A stretch of 64,000 bases of DNA from Antedon mediterranea (taxonomy: Eukaryota; Animalia; Echinodermata). The notes below the pieces were generated by a model. That model saw nothing but the letters and a program-made list of their open reading frames with translations. It had not been told where the DNA came from and searched no databases. The DNA lies in contig NC_092676.1 in the NCBI RefSeq assembly GCF_964355755.1, forward strand, positions 8,595,888 to 8,659,887. Reading direction: 5' to 3'. The position numbers were made by a program, and so were the translations under genes. This document shows positions 25,301 to 38,069 of this stretch, piece by piece (within the stretch, counting starts at the first letter, position 1; every line of letters begins with the position of its first letter).

Positions 25301-28300
25301 GTATACTCTATTAGAAAAACCAAAAAAAAATTTTCCTATACTTTTTTCCCGCAAATGTGTATAATAATTGTTCTGCACCCAGGCTAGACGTACTATAATG
25401 CATGTCTCAACATCTTTATGCTCCAAAGCACCACGCGGTGAACACTCACCAAACCCGGAAATCACGGGTGTTTACTTTGAGGTAGGCCTACAAGAAGGAT
25501 ATACAGTGATATACAGTACTCCTATTAAGGCACTCAGGGGACATCTTTAAGACACAACAGATAGGGTGTCCCCTAGGGGTTAATCAATATCCCAACGCCA
25601 TGTTCGTTTATCAAGAAAGTGTCCATTTAGTTGGGTTGTCTCTTGAAAGTGAGGTGTGGAGGTGTTTAACTGTACCATACAGGCGTGAACATACTCAATA
25701 CAGACTTATTTCCTATAGGATCTTGTATTATTACAGCTTCTGTCACGTGTGTCCCCAAACGCTACAAGTTAATATAACCAGAAGGCAGCGATGTAATGAT
25801 TAGTTTGGAAAGTGCACATTGAATGTCATGGTTATCCATTATTGGTTATTGGTTCCACCACCGGGATCAACGGCAATGAAAACCATCCAACTTACAACAT
25901 TATACCGATTATGTTCAGTGTCGTGTACAGTCTATAGAAGGACGCATGTACTCATCCATATATTTATTTTCTTACATAAGGTTTACTACCTATATCAGAC
26001 ATTTCATTTCATCATTTTATTCGACATCAAAAATGTCCTGGGACCACAAAAGCAACAAAGTCTCCATAACATATGTCTGGAGCCCCAGAAGAACTTAACT
26101 ACATATAATTATTTATTAATCTACAAAATACATTTAAAAACATATAAAACTGGTAAAATAAAATGATGGAACACACACAAATTACGAGAGACTATAGCTT
26201 TATATACTTATATTTTAAAGTAGAAAATGTATATAGCCTAAAAACAAACAGAAAACTCGACATTCCCAAGCCTATGGTATACAATCGTGCTGAGTAGGCT
26301 ATAGGGGGTTACCCCAGTTTTCTGTGGGCCCGCCGTTAGCTCAGTATTTGGGTGGCTAACTTTTGGACACAAGATAGACAAGGGAGGAGAAAAAGAACAA
26401 TGAGTGTCAAACTTAAATTAGCTTAACCTGAATTCTACGTTGTGATACGATACTACACATAATCAGTAGGATAATTTTCAATTTAAACGATACCATTAGT
26501 TTATCAATATCATTATTTAATCATTTATTAGGAAATTATACAAATATGGAGACACGAATCCACCCATTGGTTTTAAAGATGAATAAAAAACACCAACTCC
26601 GAAACCAGTTTTAGAAATACCGGGATGGTGTCTGGCGGGGGGTAGTTTCACCATGTAGTTTAAGTTTTATTTATTTTTTATTAGCCGAAACTGTTCAAAT
26701 TCATTTCAATGTAGGCCTAAATTCACTTGATTTGACTTGACTTAAGGGCATAACGTTTTTAGGACCGAGCATTTTAGTATGATAACGGCAAACCTTCACT
26801 AAGTAAGACTAACTTAGACATTGAAGTAAAGATTATAATTCTAAAAGCCTGTCTTTAACAATCTGATTAAGTCGGCAATCCTAATAGAGACAACAGGAAG
26901 ATCATATACGTACTTTATGAGGTCACCGCAGCAGAAATAGTAATGAGATGGCAATTTGTGTTTGAAATACAAACTCAGACAAATGGGATGATTACGCTAA
27001 TTAGCATAATCACATATTCAAATATGTTAATTTTAAACGAAATGACGCAAGTCTTTACATTTAAAGTATATTTTAGATTACATGATGGATATTGATACAC
27101 TAATTCGTATTCTTGTTAATATAGGGAAGTTTCTGGAATCTAATTGTTTGTCTAATAAAGTCTAGATTGATGCACATACCAGGCCTAGCAGTCCTGTAGC
27201 CCAGTGGCCGTATTCACAAATCACACTTAAGTGTGATAATTTTTTAAATATTGTACATAAAAGTATTTCACTTAACACAATAAATATTTAAGTATTTCCC
27301 TTAAACTGTATTGGATAGAAGATTTTGTTTTTTATTTTAAGGGTGTTTTCCATAGCCTAATTGTGAATGGTGAATACGACCACATATTCTGTCCAAAAAC
27401 CATTCATTATCTGTAACGGTCACTAACAGTTTGGTTTGTATTTAAATTTGTTGTACATTCTAAACTGCAAGAGTCTTAAAGATGTGTTGTCTCCAAAAAA
27501 CATGAAAAATAAAGATTAATTAAAATCAGATTTTGAATAGGCCATTTTGCAGTTTTAATAAAGTTATTCACGTAGAAAAATAAGATAAATAAAATTAATT
27601 ATTTTAATTATAAAAAGACAAAAGAAACGGTTAATTGTAACCAACAACCATGGCCGGACAGACAATTTAGGTATATTTTGCTTTTCTGTCGAGGTAAATT
27701 TGTTTTTGTTTGATCCAGTCGAAGTGAATAACTATTATGTGAGATTAAAATGGTATATTCAACAACAAATTATTTTTTTAGGGGACAATACATCTTTAAC
27801 ATTTTTATGCTAGTCAACAAACATATTTGCTATTTTGTTCCTGGATTTGTAATGTTGTAATATTGGAATAATTTGCAGTGATTCGTTTAGCTGTTTAGTG
27901 AACTCGTCATGTGGATTTTTAAACTGTTTTCTTACTTCTTTGTCTTTGTAAGAAATAATGAAATGACATACAAATTGTTTTCTTATTTGATGTCAATGTC
28001 TTCGATGTAACCTTTTAACATCTTCGTACATTGAATATAAGAATATTATCCCATTTAGCACTGCCAAAATAATTATATCTAACGCAATAATAACAATTAT
28101 TGATATTATTCCACTATACACTTTGATCTGTAATCTCAACTTTTGTCAATACTTTGTCGATTATTTAATTATTCTGACCTTGAGTTATTCAATAATGTAA
28201 TACCTATAAGTATGTTTCCATGGTAATAATCGATAATTCATTAATTACAGGTGTTAATTGAAAAAATAGTGATGCAAAGTACGAAGGTGTCTTTTCCTGT

Positions 28301-30196
28301 CACCGCCCCAGGTGTGACGTTAGTTCCTGCCTGCTATTTGCACGATGTTTTGTAAACGCTGCCGTGGATGGTTTAAAGACCCAACTTACTTTGACCTATA
28401 CGGAGTCTGATTTATTGGTCCTTTATACAGTTGATATTAGTTGTTATAGTTAGCAGTTACCATTTTATTTGTGTACTAGGTGATGAATGTTTGTGTGATT
28501 TCATTGAATTTCAGGATACGAAGTAGCCTACTATTGTACTACGACCATGATTGTAATCGAAATTAAACGATCGCAAAAATGTTAGAGAATAAAAGTACAG
28601 TAAAAATAAAAAGTGTTTTATACGCGAATATCTATGACATTTTACAAGTCATGATAATCCAACATCGTTATGCATTACTCGCGTGGTCACCGTTTTAACT
28701 GTTTGAATCAACATGGATGTTTGACTTTATTGTATGCGTCCTGATGTTATTTTCGTATTAGCGTTGGTGGAAATATGATCTTTACGAATAATCCTCCGTC
28801 TGATCTTTCAGACTGATTTACTTTATCGCGCCTAATTAGTATCTGTACTTAAGTATTGACTAAAACGTATGTAAACCAGTTCAAAGTTCATGACTTATTC
28901 ACAGTAAGATTTATGTCGGCTTTATAAGTAGTAAAAATGAATTACATTTCCGTTTTTTGCAAACAACAATTCCACGAAATGACCATTCAGAAATAAAAAA
29001 CATGTATAGTTGTATAGTACTTTTGTTTACAATGGCAATATATTTTACATCAGAACGCCATATGTTAATTGAAACTATCACCATTTCTATTTGTTGTGTT
29101 TAATATTATTTACTTTTATTATTTATATTTTTATTTACTTTTATTTTATTTGTTAACGTTGTTCTATATAAAGTTTCAATAAGATATTTTATTGTCTTGT
29201 GACACATAGGAGAGCATTTTCATTTCTAATTCATTCTTCATAACATTCGTTCAAACGTTCTATTTCTAGGAATATGTACTCCAAATCCGTGTTTAAATGG
29301 AGGAAGTTGCCGCCCAGCTTCTCGTAAACCATATTTTTGTATGTGTCCGCCCGGAGTTTCGGGAGAAAAGTGTGAAGTTGGGCGTCGTATATTCTGCAAT
29401 GAACAACCGTGCCTTAACGGCGGAACTTGCATTTCCATAAATACTGATGGTTACTGTGACTGCAAGGATAACTTTTGGGGTTCTCATTGTGAATTAGGTA
29501 AGTCATCGTTTCTGAGCCCACTTTAGCTTAGAATGCTACAAATTATGAATCATAAAGCTTTGTCTACACTATCAAACTAGTTTGTGATGTGCCCAAATAC
29601 GGTAGTGATATTACCAAAGATGGTAGTGGCATGACATCGTCATGTCCATATATGGGCACATCACATTTTTTTGTCACATAAAGTTTGATAGTGTAGACAG
29701 AGCTTTAGTTGTCTTCATGTACCTTTTCCAAAATTATGTCAATTAATGTTTGCTATTTTTAAAGCTGTACAAAGTAATTGGAAATTTTGAGGGTGCGACA
29801 GATGTACTTAGATATGTTTTTCTCTTGAACTTCTTTATGGAGTGTGTCCCTCAACTATAATATTATTAGGTTTGGCTTTGGTTGGAGAAAAATTGACGCT
29901 AAAAAATAAGAACATTGTCCCTGGTATAAACTTACTGGAAATTAGTCATTTTCTAGAATCCTGTTTCACTCACGGTTTCCTTGTTTTATTTTTCAGTTTT
30001 AGAATCACCTGACGGATATACAGTCCCAACAATAATTTCTATGGCAACAGGATTAACAATAGGAGTTGTATCATTGTGTATATGTATAGGATATGTGAAT
30101 TATAAACTTTGTTGTGAGGATACCGACAAGCCACGTCCAGCACCAACCTACCCTGTCGTGGAGCTTAACGATGAATTTACAATTATGGATGCCTAG
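22354..30196 (+). CDS. Small type-I membrane protein with two EGF-like domains (161 aa), paralog A
   Basis: Exon 22354-22411 (accATG, signal peptide MSLSIFLYLSTFLPLSLGQ, G|GTAAGC), exon 29270-29497 (CTPNPCLNGGSC...CEV and CNEQPCLNGGTC...CEL), exon 29997-30196 (TM IISMATGLTIGVVSLCICIGYV + tail); all phase 1, 486 nt. Joining exon 1 across 6.9 kb is inferred. Confidence 0.8.
24233..25386. mobile_element. Fold-back non-autonomous DNA transposon with TAG...CTA ends and 3-bp TSD (Academ-like)
   Basis: Ends TAGCCTGGGTGCAG / CTGCACCCAGGCTA, nearly whole-length palindrome, GAC duplicated on both sides; second copy at 59369. Confidence 0.9.
25514..25672. mobile_element. Tc1/pogo-like MITE remnant (TA|CAGT...ACTG|TA family)
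   Basis: CAGT...CTATT...GGGGACA...TGTCCC motifs; related fragments near 23943, 34730-35245, 36110, 40986, 44311 and 63134. Confidence 0.5.
27480..27795. mobile_element. TTAA-flanked Kolobok-like MITE
   Basis: TTAA|AGATGTGTTGTC ... GACAATACATCT|TTAA. Confidence 0.8.
29556..29704. mobile_element. PIF/Harbinger-type MITE
   Basis: TIRs AGCTTTGTCTACACTATCAAACT / AGTTTGATAGTGTAGACAGAGCT, TAA/TTA flanks; relatives at about 52542, 57420, 57871 and 62276. Confidence 0.85.
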
Positions 30197-30489
30197 TGCT
30201 TGCAAACAGTATTTCAAGAAAACTATAGGCCTAGACCTATGAGGACGGTCTGACGATATGTGTTTGGATCATTAGTTCATTTGCTAAAATGGAAATATCT
30301 TCTGGCTTGTAAATGCCATAGGTCACTAGTCCTACTGCAGATGGGCCCTAACCTAATTGGTAAGGGTTAACTCTTAGTTACAAAGTTTTTGCATCAGGTT
30401 TTGAAATTTTTTTCCAGTGGTACATTTACTAAAGCAAAAGGCCATATTGCATAACGTTAGAAACAACGGCTGAAAAAGTAGACAGAGAT

Positions 30490-31315
30490 GGCATAAACTT
30501 GAGCCAAACCCGCTTTCGCGAGTTTTGCTGGATAAACTTGACCAAACCTGCTTTAATTATTTTTGTCTGGACAAACTTGAGCCAAACCGGCTTTGGTGAG
30601 TTTTGCTGGATAAACTTGAGCAAGCCGGCTTTGGCGAGTTTTGCTGGATAAACTTGACCAAGCCTGCTTTAGTAAGTTTTGCTGGATAAACTTGACCAAG
30701 CCTGCTTTAGTAAGTTTTGCTGGATAAACTTGACCAATCCTGCTTTAGTAAGTTTTGCTGGATAAACTCGAGCCAAGCCTGCTTTAGTGAGTTTAGCTGG
30801 ATAAACTTGAGCCAAGCCTGCTTTAGAAAGTTTTGGTGGATAAACTTGACCAAGCCTGCTTTAGTAAGTTTAGCTGGATAAACTTGACCAATCCTGCTTT
30901 AGTAAGTTTTGCTGGATCAACTTGAGCCAAACCTACATGCTTTAGTGAGTTTTGCTGGATCAACTTGACCAAAGCTGCTTCAATTCTGGATAAACTTGAG
31001 TCAAGCCTGCTTTGGTGAGTTCTTCATGATAAACTTGAGTCAAGCCTGCTTTGGTGAGTTCTTCATGATAAACTTGAGCCAAGCCTGCTTTGGTGAGTTC
31101 TTCATGATAAACTTGAGCCAAGCCTGCATTGGTGAGTTTTGCTGGATAAACTTGACAAGCCTGCTTTGATTATTTTTTTTCTGGATAAAATTGGGCCAAA
31201 CCTGCTTTGGTGAGCTTTACTGGACAAGCCTGCTTTGATAAGTTTTACTTGATAAACTTGAACCAAGCATGCTTTGGTGAGTTTTGTTGGATAAGCATGA
31301 GCAAAACCTGCTTAA
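30490..31315. repeat. 38-39-bp minisatellite (GGATAAACTTGACCAAGCCTGCTTTAGTAAGTTTTGCT)n
   Basis: About 21 units just downstream of the stop codon of paralog A. Confidence 0.92.
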
Positions 31316-33567
31316 TTTTTGCAGTTAAAAGAAATTACATCATGAAATCATATTGATTGTTTACTTTGATGAAACATCGTCTTCAGCTTTCAAAAGCATC
31401 AAGACTTTCTTCTTTATTTAAGAGCTGTTTTAACTGAAACTTATGAAATAAAATTGTCTTTGTTTATCCCGCTGGTGAGGTTTTCTAATTTATCAGCTAG
31501 TACCAAAACGAGTACATTGATTTTCCAGCATATTGTACAAATAATTGAAAACATATTAAATAATAATATCCTTTAAGATAAGCATATTCTGAACATCATG
31601 TATTTGTCACGTGATTAAGAATTTTTGTATATTTCTTAAAATCAATGACGTTTGTGTATTATGTAAATGATATCGTTGTATATGACATAATCTTAACATA
31701 TTACCGTCTACATAGACCTAGTATAAACACGGAGAAATAATTCCTCCATGTGTGAAACGTATTTGCTGATACTACTGTGTAACGTATATATAAACAAAAC
31801 AGTTTTATATTATAGCGCTAACTAATACGAATATCACATTCGAAATGTGACGAGAAAGGCTAAACCATTTTAATTTTACTACAAATAAGACAAAATATTT
31901 TCTGTATGAAATTTAATGACCGCGTTTGATAGATATTTTCGTATGTATTGAGTCATTGAGCTAGATGTATTAATGCATATATGTCATAAAGATGGTGCCA
32001 AGTCAAATGTACAGATGTGACTCTAGAGTCCTAGATACTGCCGGATAAAATCAATTCAGAAAATCATTGAAGAAAACAGTTTAATTTCAAATGAAACTTG
32101 AATTGATATTAAAATTTAAGTTTTCCGCTGATCATCGTGCAGAGGTGAATTCATTTTCAATCGTCTCTGCTATCGTACCGTGGGGCCTCTTTCTGTGTAC
32201 TGAATACAAATCTTCGTGTTAACAACGGTGTGCAAACAAATGACGGAGTTTTGTATCGTATTTTTCAAGTGATAAGAAATAGTAATCAGTGAAGTCAATT
32301 AGTGTAAAAGTTAATGTTGTTTAGGTATTCTATAGATTGGTAGGCCATCTTAAGTATCCACTTCTTAGTTGAAAGAGGCAAGACGTATAAAGTTCAATGT
32401 ATGTTGTGAGCATTTTAGATTTAGAATGTGACGGTTGATAAATGCTGCATTTAGCATGTAAAAGTAATGATTAGCATACACTTATTGGCACATATGGCGT
32501 TTCATACGTATACTAAAAACACAATTAATACATACTTGGGAAAGTCATGCGCATTGATATGACGCGTCTAAATTAATATCATCTGGGTGCACGCTATATT
32601 TTAAAATGGAGGCGGGAGGTGGGGGGGGGGGGGGGAGAGCAATCATAACTAGCTCCAATTGATTTGAAAGCATGCGCAGATAACGATTTGTTATTTTAAT
32701 TTTTGGCGTCATGTCATGCAACATGAATACATGCATCCAGACCTGGTAGTAACTAATACAAGCGTATGCTATCGTCAAGAACACTTTGTGTCATCCTGCA
32801 AAATGTAGGCCCTATTAGTAGTAATCTCTGACACTGTTTACTTTCGATAACCAGACCATAGCAACAAAACTTACATTGAAATATGCTCGACAACAGGTAC
32901 CATTACTTAAACGTACGTACGTAATTCGGTATTCGTATACAGCGTGTTTGTTTTTATGAGAATCGTATATCATATTCATAACTAAAATATGAATTTGATT
33001 CATAACTTAATAGGCAAAGCGACTAAGTTTATGATCACAAAGATTTATTGTTTCTTGTCAAATTAACTTGCCGTAAAACGACATTCATTTACATTCCATA
33101 GATTTCAATGTCATTTAAATAAACGCGCATAAATTCTACGCAACTCTGAGTTTTTTGTTTTGCTGTATTTCACTCACCTGAAGAGGCAAATAATTACTAG
33201 TTCATTTATTTATTTCGTTTTCTTTCATTAGGGTTGCCCTCTCAGTAATAAAATAAAACTGCTCTTCCGAGGGGCCCTACGACACATTTAAACACAATTT
33301 TAAAACCACTTAAACTAAACTCAAACTAAACTTCATGCATGTTATTATTAATAATAACTTTTTATACCATTTTAAATTATTTTTAACTGCAATCATCGTA
33401 AACCACCGGCAAAATTTCACTTATATGAATCTTAACAAGTGATTTAAAAGTGTGGCTATGGCTTTAGTGTGGCTATGGCTTAATTAAAGTATAATAACCC
33501 TTTTCTAATTATCCACGTTGTAAAAAGTTGATGAAAAACGAGGTACCGGTACGTTTGTACGCTCTAA

Positions 33568-33738
33568 AGCGTGGTTCCCAATAGCGACGCAACACAAGGC
33601 CGTAACGCAACGCAAGTGAATTGACCACCAATCACAAGCGATGGCTTATTCGCTTGTGATTGCTAACTGTCTATAACTTCGCTTGTCATTGGTTAAAACG
33701 TTTGCGTTGCGTTTACGTCCTTGCGTTATGTTCAAGCT
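33568..33738 (+). mobile_element. PIF/Harbinger-type MITE (ACGCAACGCAAG family), copy 1
   Basis: TAA|AGCGTGGTTCCCA...CAAGCT|TAA; near-identical to 35335 and 41142. Confidence 0.88.
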
Positions 33739-34829
33739 TAAAATGAAACAGTCTTTATTATCGGTTTGTGTACATTCATTTACCAGGCACACATTGCCTT
33801 ATTTGTTTCGTATACGTGTGTATATACACCATTTAACTCGTTATCTTCCATAATTTCTGTCTACAGAATACGTTAGCACTGAGTACATTATGACACGTTG
33901 AATTAGGCTGGGCATTCCTAAATTGAAAATTTCCAACTTTAACTTAATTTTATTCCGGATTTATTCAGGTAAATCTGAAAGAGTCTCAAGGCAATTAGGT
34001 ACGATAAAGTTGAGACATAATTGAAATTGTTATTACAAAATAAAGCATTAAGTACATTATTGCTGCTAGCTGAATCTTGCCAATATTATTTTGTCGGTCA
34101 GTTCTATTCATACTCAATGAATTAATATCATTTTCCAGAAACGTAAGCTTATAGAGAAGACGAGATTGCCGAAGAAGAAATGTGTCTGAGTGGGAAGAAG
34201 CATTCATAGCTTCCGTTCTTTCCAGCGCAACAGTAATAATACGTGTTTTATTGTTTAGGGGCCGGGGTGTGCCGGTTGTGGACAATACTTTATTTTAATG
34301 TAAATTTGTTAAGAAACAGATTTGTTTATGAAGCTTACCGAATGATGTATTAATGTTTCGTTATTATTGTTCTATCGTCTCACACGTATACAGAGAATTA
34401 ATCCTAAATGTCCATGTCATTGTGGAATAGGGAATCTGATAATAGGTTGAATTAATGTAATATGCCCAAAGACAAATACGAACGAAGACAGAACAAAAAT
34501 AAATTATACTTAATTGTCGTGGTTATCCATATAAATACTACTTGATTATTATCATTGTTATAGGAAAATACAAAAACATTCATTTTCACATAACATGCGA
34601 TATGAATAACAAAGTAGTCAGAGGTTTACCCAATGCCAATGTACTGATTACTCAGAATGACGTTAATATAATTACATTTTAGTTTTTCTGATGGTACTCG
34701 AACTCATGCTCCATAGCCTGACATTGATATAAAATGGGCACCTTCGGAACTAAAACTATCGTCCCTTTGTTCGTTTCATGGTAAAGCGTCCCCTTAATAA
34801 AGGTGTCCCCTGAATATGGGTTGGCCGTA

Positions 34830-35158
34830 TGCGATTTTTTTTCGTACATAGGTTGGGGACCCCTTATGACATTATGAAAAATAGCCAAAATACTAAACCT
34901 AACCCTGTAAATAATCTCTCTCTCAACATTAAGTAATAAGAAGTTGCTCTTGTCGAATCCACTGGACGACACAGACAGAAAGCGTTTGCATTAGCGAATT
35001 GTAGTTAGCTCAATTCTTACGTCACACCTCATGGATATGACCATAGAGATATTATAGTTCACTATAATATCTCTATGATATGACTAATGAATATTCATGT
35101 TTATGTTGTGACGTTTCATGAGGGGTCCCCAACTTATGTACGAAAATAAATATCGCTT
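34830..35158. mobile_element. Inverted-repeat element with AACCCT motif (possible Helentron-associated element) nested in a pogo-like MITE
   Basis: TTCGTACATAGGTTGGGGACCCCT / AGGGGTCCCCAACTTATGTACGAA inverted pair; internal TAAACCTAACCCT. Confidence 0.55.
35035..35084. other. 36-bp palindromic insertion with 7-bp TSD (P-element-type footprint)
   Basis: ATATGAC|CATAGAGATATTATAGT-TC-ACTATAATATCTCTATG|ATATGAC. Confidence 0.8.
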
Positions 35159-35334
35159 CCCGTATAGTGTAACGTATATTTCCCCAAGTTCAATTCACAA
35201 AAAGTGTCCTTTTAATAGGGGTGTCCCAACAAAGCCGTTCTACTGTTATACTTGCTATTCGTTTGTAAGATAATTCGGTAAATATCTAAGTGTATCATCT
35301 TTCAATATTCGTCGACGCAACGCAATGTTAGTAA

Positions 35335-35513
35335 TGCGTGGTTCCCATTAGCGACGCAACACAAGGACGTAACGCAACGCAAGTGAATTGACCAATCACA
35401 AGCGATGGCTTATTCGCTTGTTATTGCTAACTGTCTACAACTTCGCTTGTCATTGGTTAAAACGCTTGCGTTGCGTTTACGTCCTTGCGTTACGTTCTAG
35501 TGGAAACCAAGCT
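35335..35513 (+). mobile_element. PIF/Harbinger-type MITE, copy 2
   Basis: TAA|TGCGTGGTTCCCA...TAGTGGAAACCAAGCT|TAA. Confidence 0.9.
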
Positions 35514-36162
35514 TAAAGGTGACAAATCACGACGCAATCATCTAAAATGTCGCTTGTGATTGGCCAACTCATTGCGTTGCGTCTAAGCATTCACATGGCA
35601 ATCCATTTTGTAAAGGTCACAGATACATTATGATATTAAATATTTTGTAAGTTACCTTCTTCTTGTCAACTGTCATTTTTGTATTGATGTTTCCATTCAT
35701 TAAATAACACATATTGTGCATGATGTAATAACAAACTCAATCAACGGAACCTATCATTTTACACAGAAAAGCCAGAATCTGAAAGAAACTTGATATTCAG
35801 AGAAATTAATTGATGAAATCAGAAATGTCTTTAAGTTATTATTTTAACAAAATATAAATAGCTTTAAAATGGTATAAAAACGATATGTTGTAATTGAAAT
35901 ACCCGTGAACTGTTCCTGTCAAAGATTCAACATTGAAATTTCATATTTTGACAGAAGATAATATTGTTAAAATGAGTTTTTTCTATGTTCTCTATGGGTA
36001 AATTAGGAGCGAAAATATTCTTTTAGTTAGTAGAATCCAAATTAATTGATTCGACAGCTCCATAAACCTACGAGTCCATAGATTTACAGGCGAACACCTT
36101 TTTTTTAACATACCTATTCAAGAAATCTGTGTTGGGTCCCGGAGGTGTTCTTTAGCTTGGTT

Positions 36163-37470
36163 AACTTAATATATGCAGATGACCTTATGCTCATGTCATA
36201 CTCTAAAATCGGAATTCAAAAACAAATAGATCAACTACAGAGATATTGCACAGAAAATAGCCTCACTATCAATAATGCAAAAACAAAAATAATGGTTTTC
36301 AGAAAAGGAGGAAAAATAAGTAGGCCTTAACGATGATAAATTTTCGCTAAATGGAAATGATATAGAAATTGTAAATAATTTTAAATATTTAGGTTTCACC
36401 ATTAACAGCCAAGGTAAATGGAACACCATGGAATAAGTCACAATAGACAAGACAAAAAGAGCCATGTTTAATTTAAGAAGGAAATTATCTGATTTAGGTT
36501 ACAATTCTGTTAAAATTAAGGAAAAGCTATTTGAGACAAAGATCCTCCGTATTATCTTATATGGATGCGAAATATGGGGCCATATAGAAGGAAAAGAAAT
36601 TGAAAATATCCATCTTAAGCATTGTAAATATACATTAAATGTCCAGCAGTCGTGTCCCAACGAGGCGGCCAGAGGTGAATTAGGCCATATCCAATTAAAG
36701 TATTACAGACATATTAGAATGATAAGTTACTGGAGTAAAATATTAATGATAGAAGACACAAGACTACCAAAAATATGCCTTCTTCAACAGAAGACATGGG
36801 CCGAGAAGGGAAGCGACTGCTGGGCACTTAAATATATCCTTAATTATTACGGATTTAATTATATTTTTTATTTAAATGATATAAATAATAATTTCGTACA
36901 TAATTTCAGCCAGAGGGTATACGATACAGCTTTACAGAACGGAAGAGAAAGTCTCCAACAAAACCCACGTTTGCGATTTTATAATTATTTTAAAGCTGAT
37001 TATGTTACAGAGGAGGACTATTTACATGATTTAAATTTTAAGTTCAGGACACTTTTATCAAGATTTCGTTTATCAACACATAATTTATTTATTGAGAAGG
37101 GAAGACATCTTAAAATAATTAGAGAAAATAGAATCTGTTTATTTTGTAATACTGGTGAAATTGAAGACGAATTGCATTTTTTGTTTAGCTGCCCTTTATA
37201 TATCAATCTGAGACAGAAATACATTAAGATCAAAAATCAAAATATATATACTTATTATTTGAATTATGTATTTAGAAATAAAAGAGAATTAAGACTGTTT
37301 GTTATATACATTGAAAAAAGTATTAACTTAAGGAATGACCAAATCAAGAGAAATAATTTTATTTTAATGTTTTAGAAAATGCTTTAGTTTAAGAAACGAC
37401 CGCCTAAATATTGATTCATGTTATGTTTTATGGGCCGAAAGCCAAATTACGAAATAAAGAAAGAAAGAAA
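36163..37470 (+). mobile_element. 5'-truncated non-LTR retrotransposon (RTE-X-like LINE), disrupted RT ORF
   Basis: YADD RT motif, FKYLG-type region, C-terminal RFRLSTHNLFIEKGRH...CLFC...EDELHFLFSCPLY, frameshift/stop near 36325-36435, AATAAA then (GAAA)n tail. Confidence 0.9.
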
Positions 37471-38069
37471 GTTCGCACTATAGACGGAACGCAAAAGACA
37501 AGCGACACGTGCTTAGTGCGAACCAAGCATTAAAAGGGCTCTGCGAAAAACACCCCATCACAATGGGTGTCTATATTAATACAGATGATGGTATTAATAA
37601 ACATGATTTTATATGACTTTAATTACTACTGTTCTTATTTGTACACAGAAAGATCAATTGCCACCAGTGATAATATGTATAATAAAACCCATGGAATAAA
37701 AAAAAAAGAGAACAGCTGAATATCCGTATACGGATCAATAGTCAATCAATGTTACAATAATAGTAATAAGAATTGGTGCAATGCGAGATTCTTAACTATA
37801 TAAATACAGTTCTAAATTTCACTTACATAATAGAGAAATTGGAAGACATACATTGTACACTTTATTATTTAAATTACTTAATTATCGATATTGTCAAGCT
37901 TGACTTGTTTGTATAGGCCTAGCTAGGCTGCTTTTAGATTGGTATAGAAATACACACATGACACTGACTGGTAACACATCAGTCTGAGTGTACTATATAT
38001 AGTTATTATTACATTACCTGCTTTCAAATCAATTGGCCTACCATGTAGGCTTACCTGTATAGTATTACC

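Noticed and set aside
31728-32169. Two more candidate CA...TG footprints (31728-31750, 32140-32169)
   Set aside because: Imperfect arms and poorly matching TSDs, so not counted as supported
36464-37375. 303-aa ORF as a host gene
   Set aside because: C-terminal part of a truncated, disrupted LINE ORF
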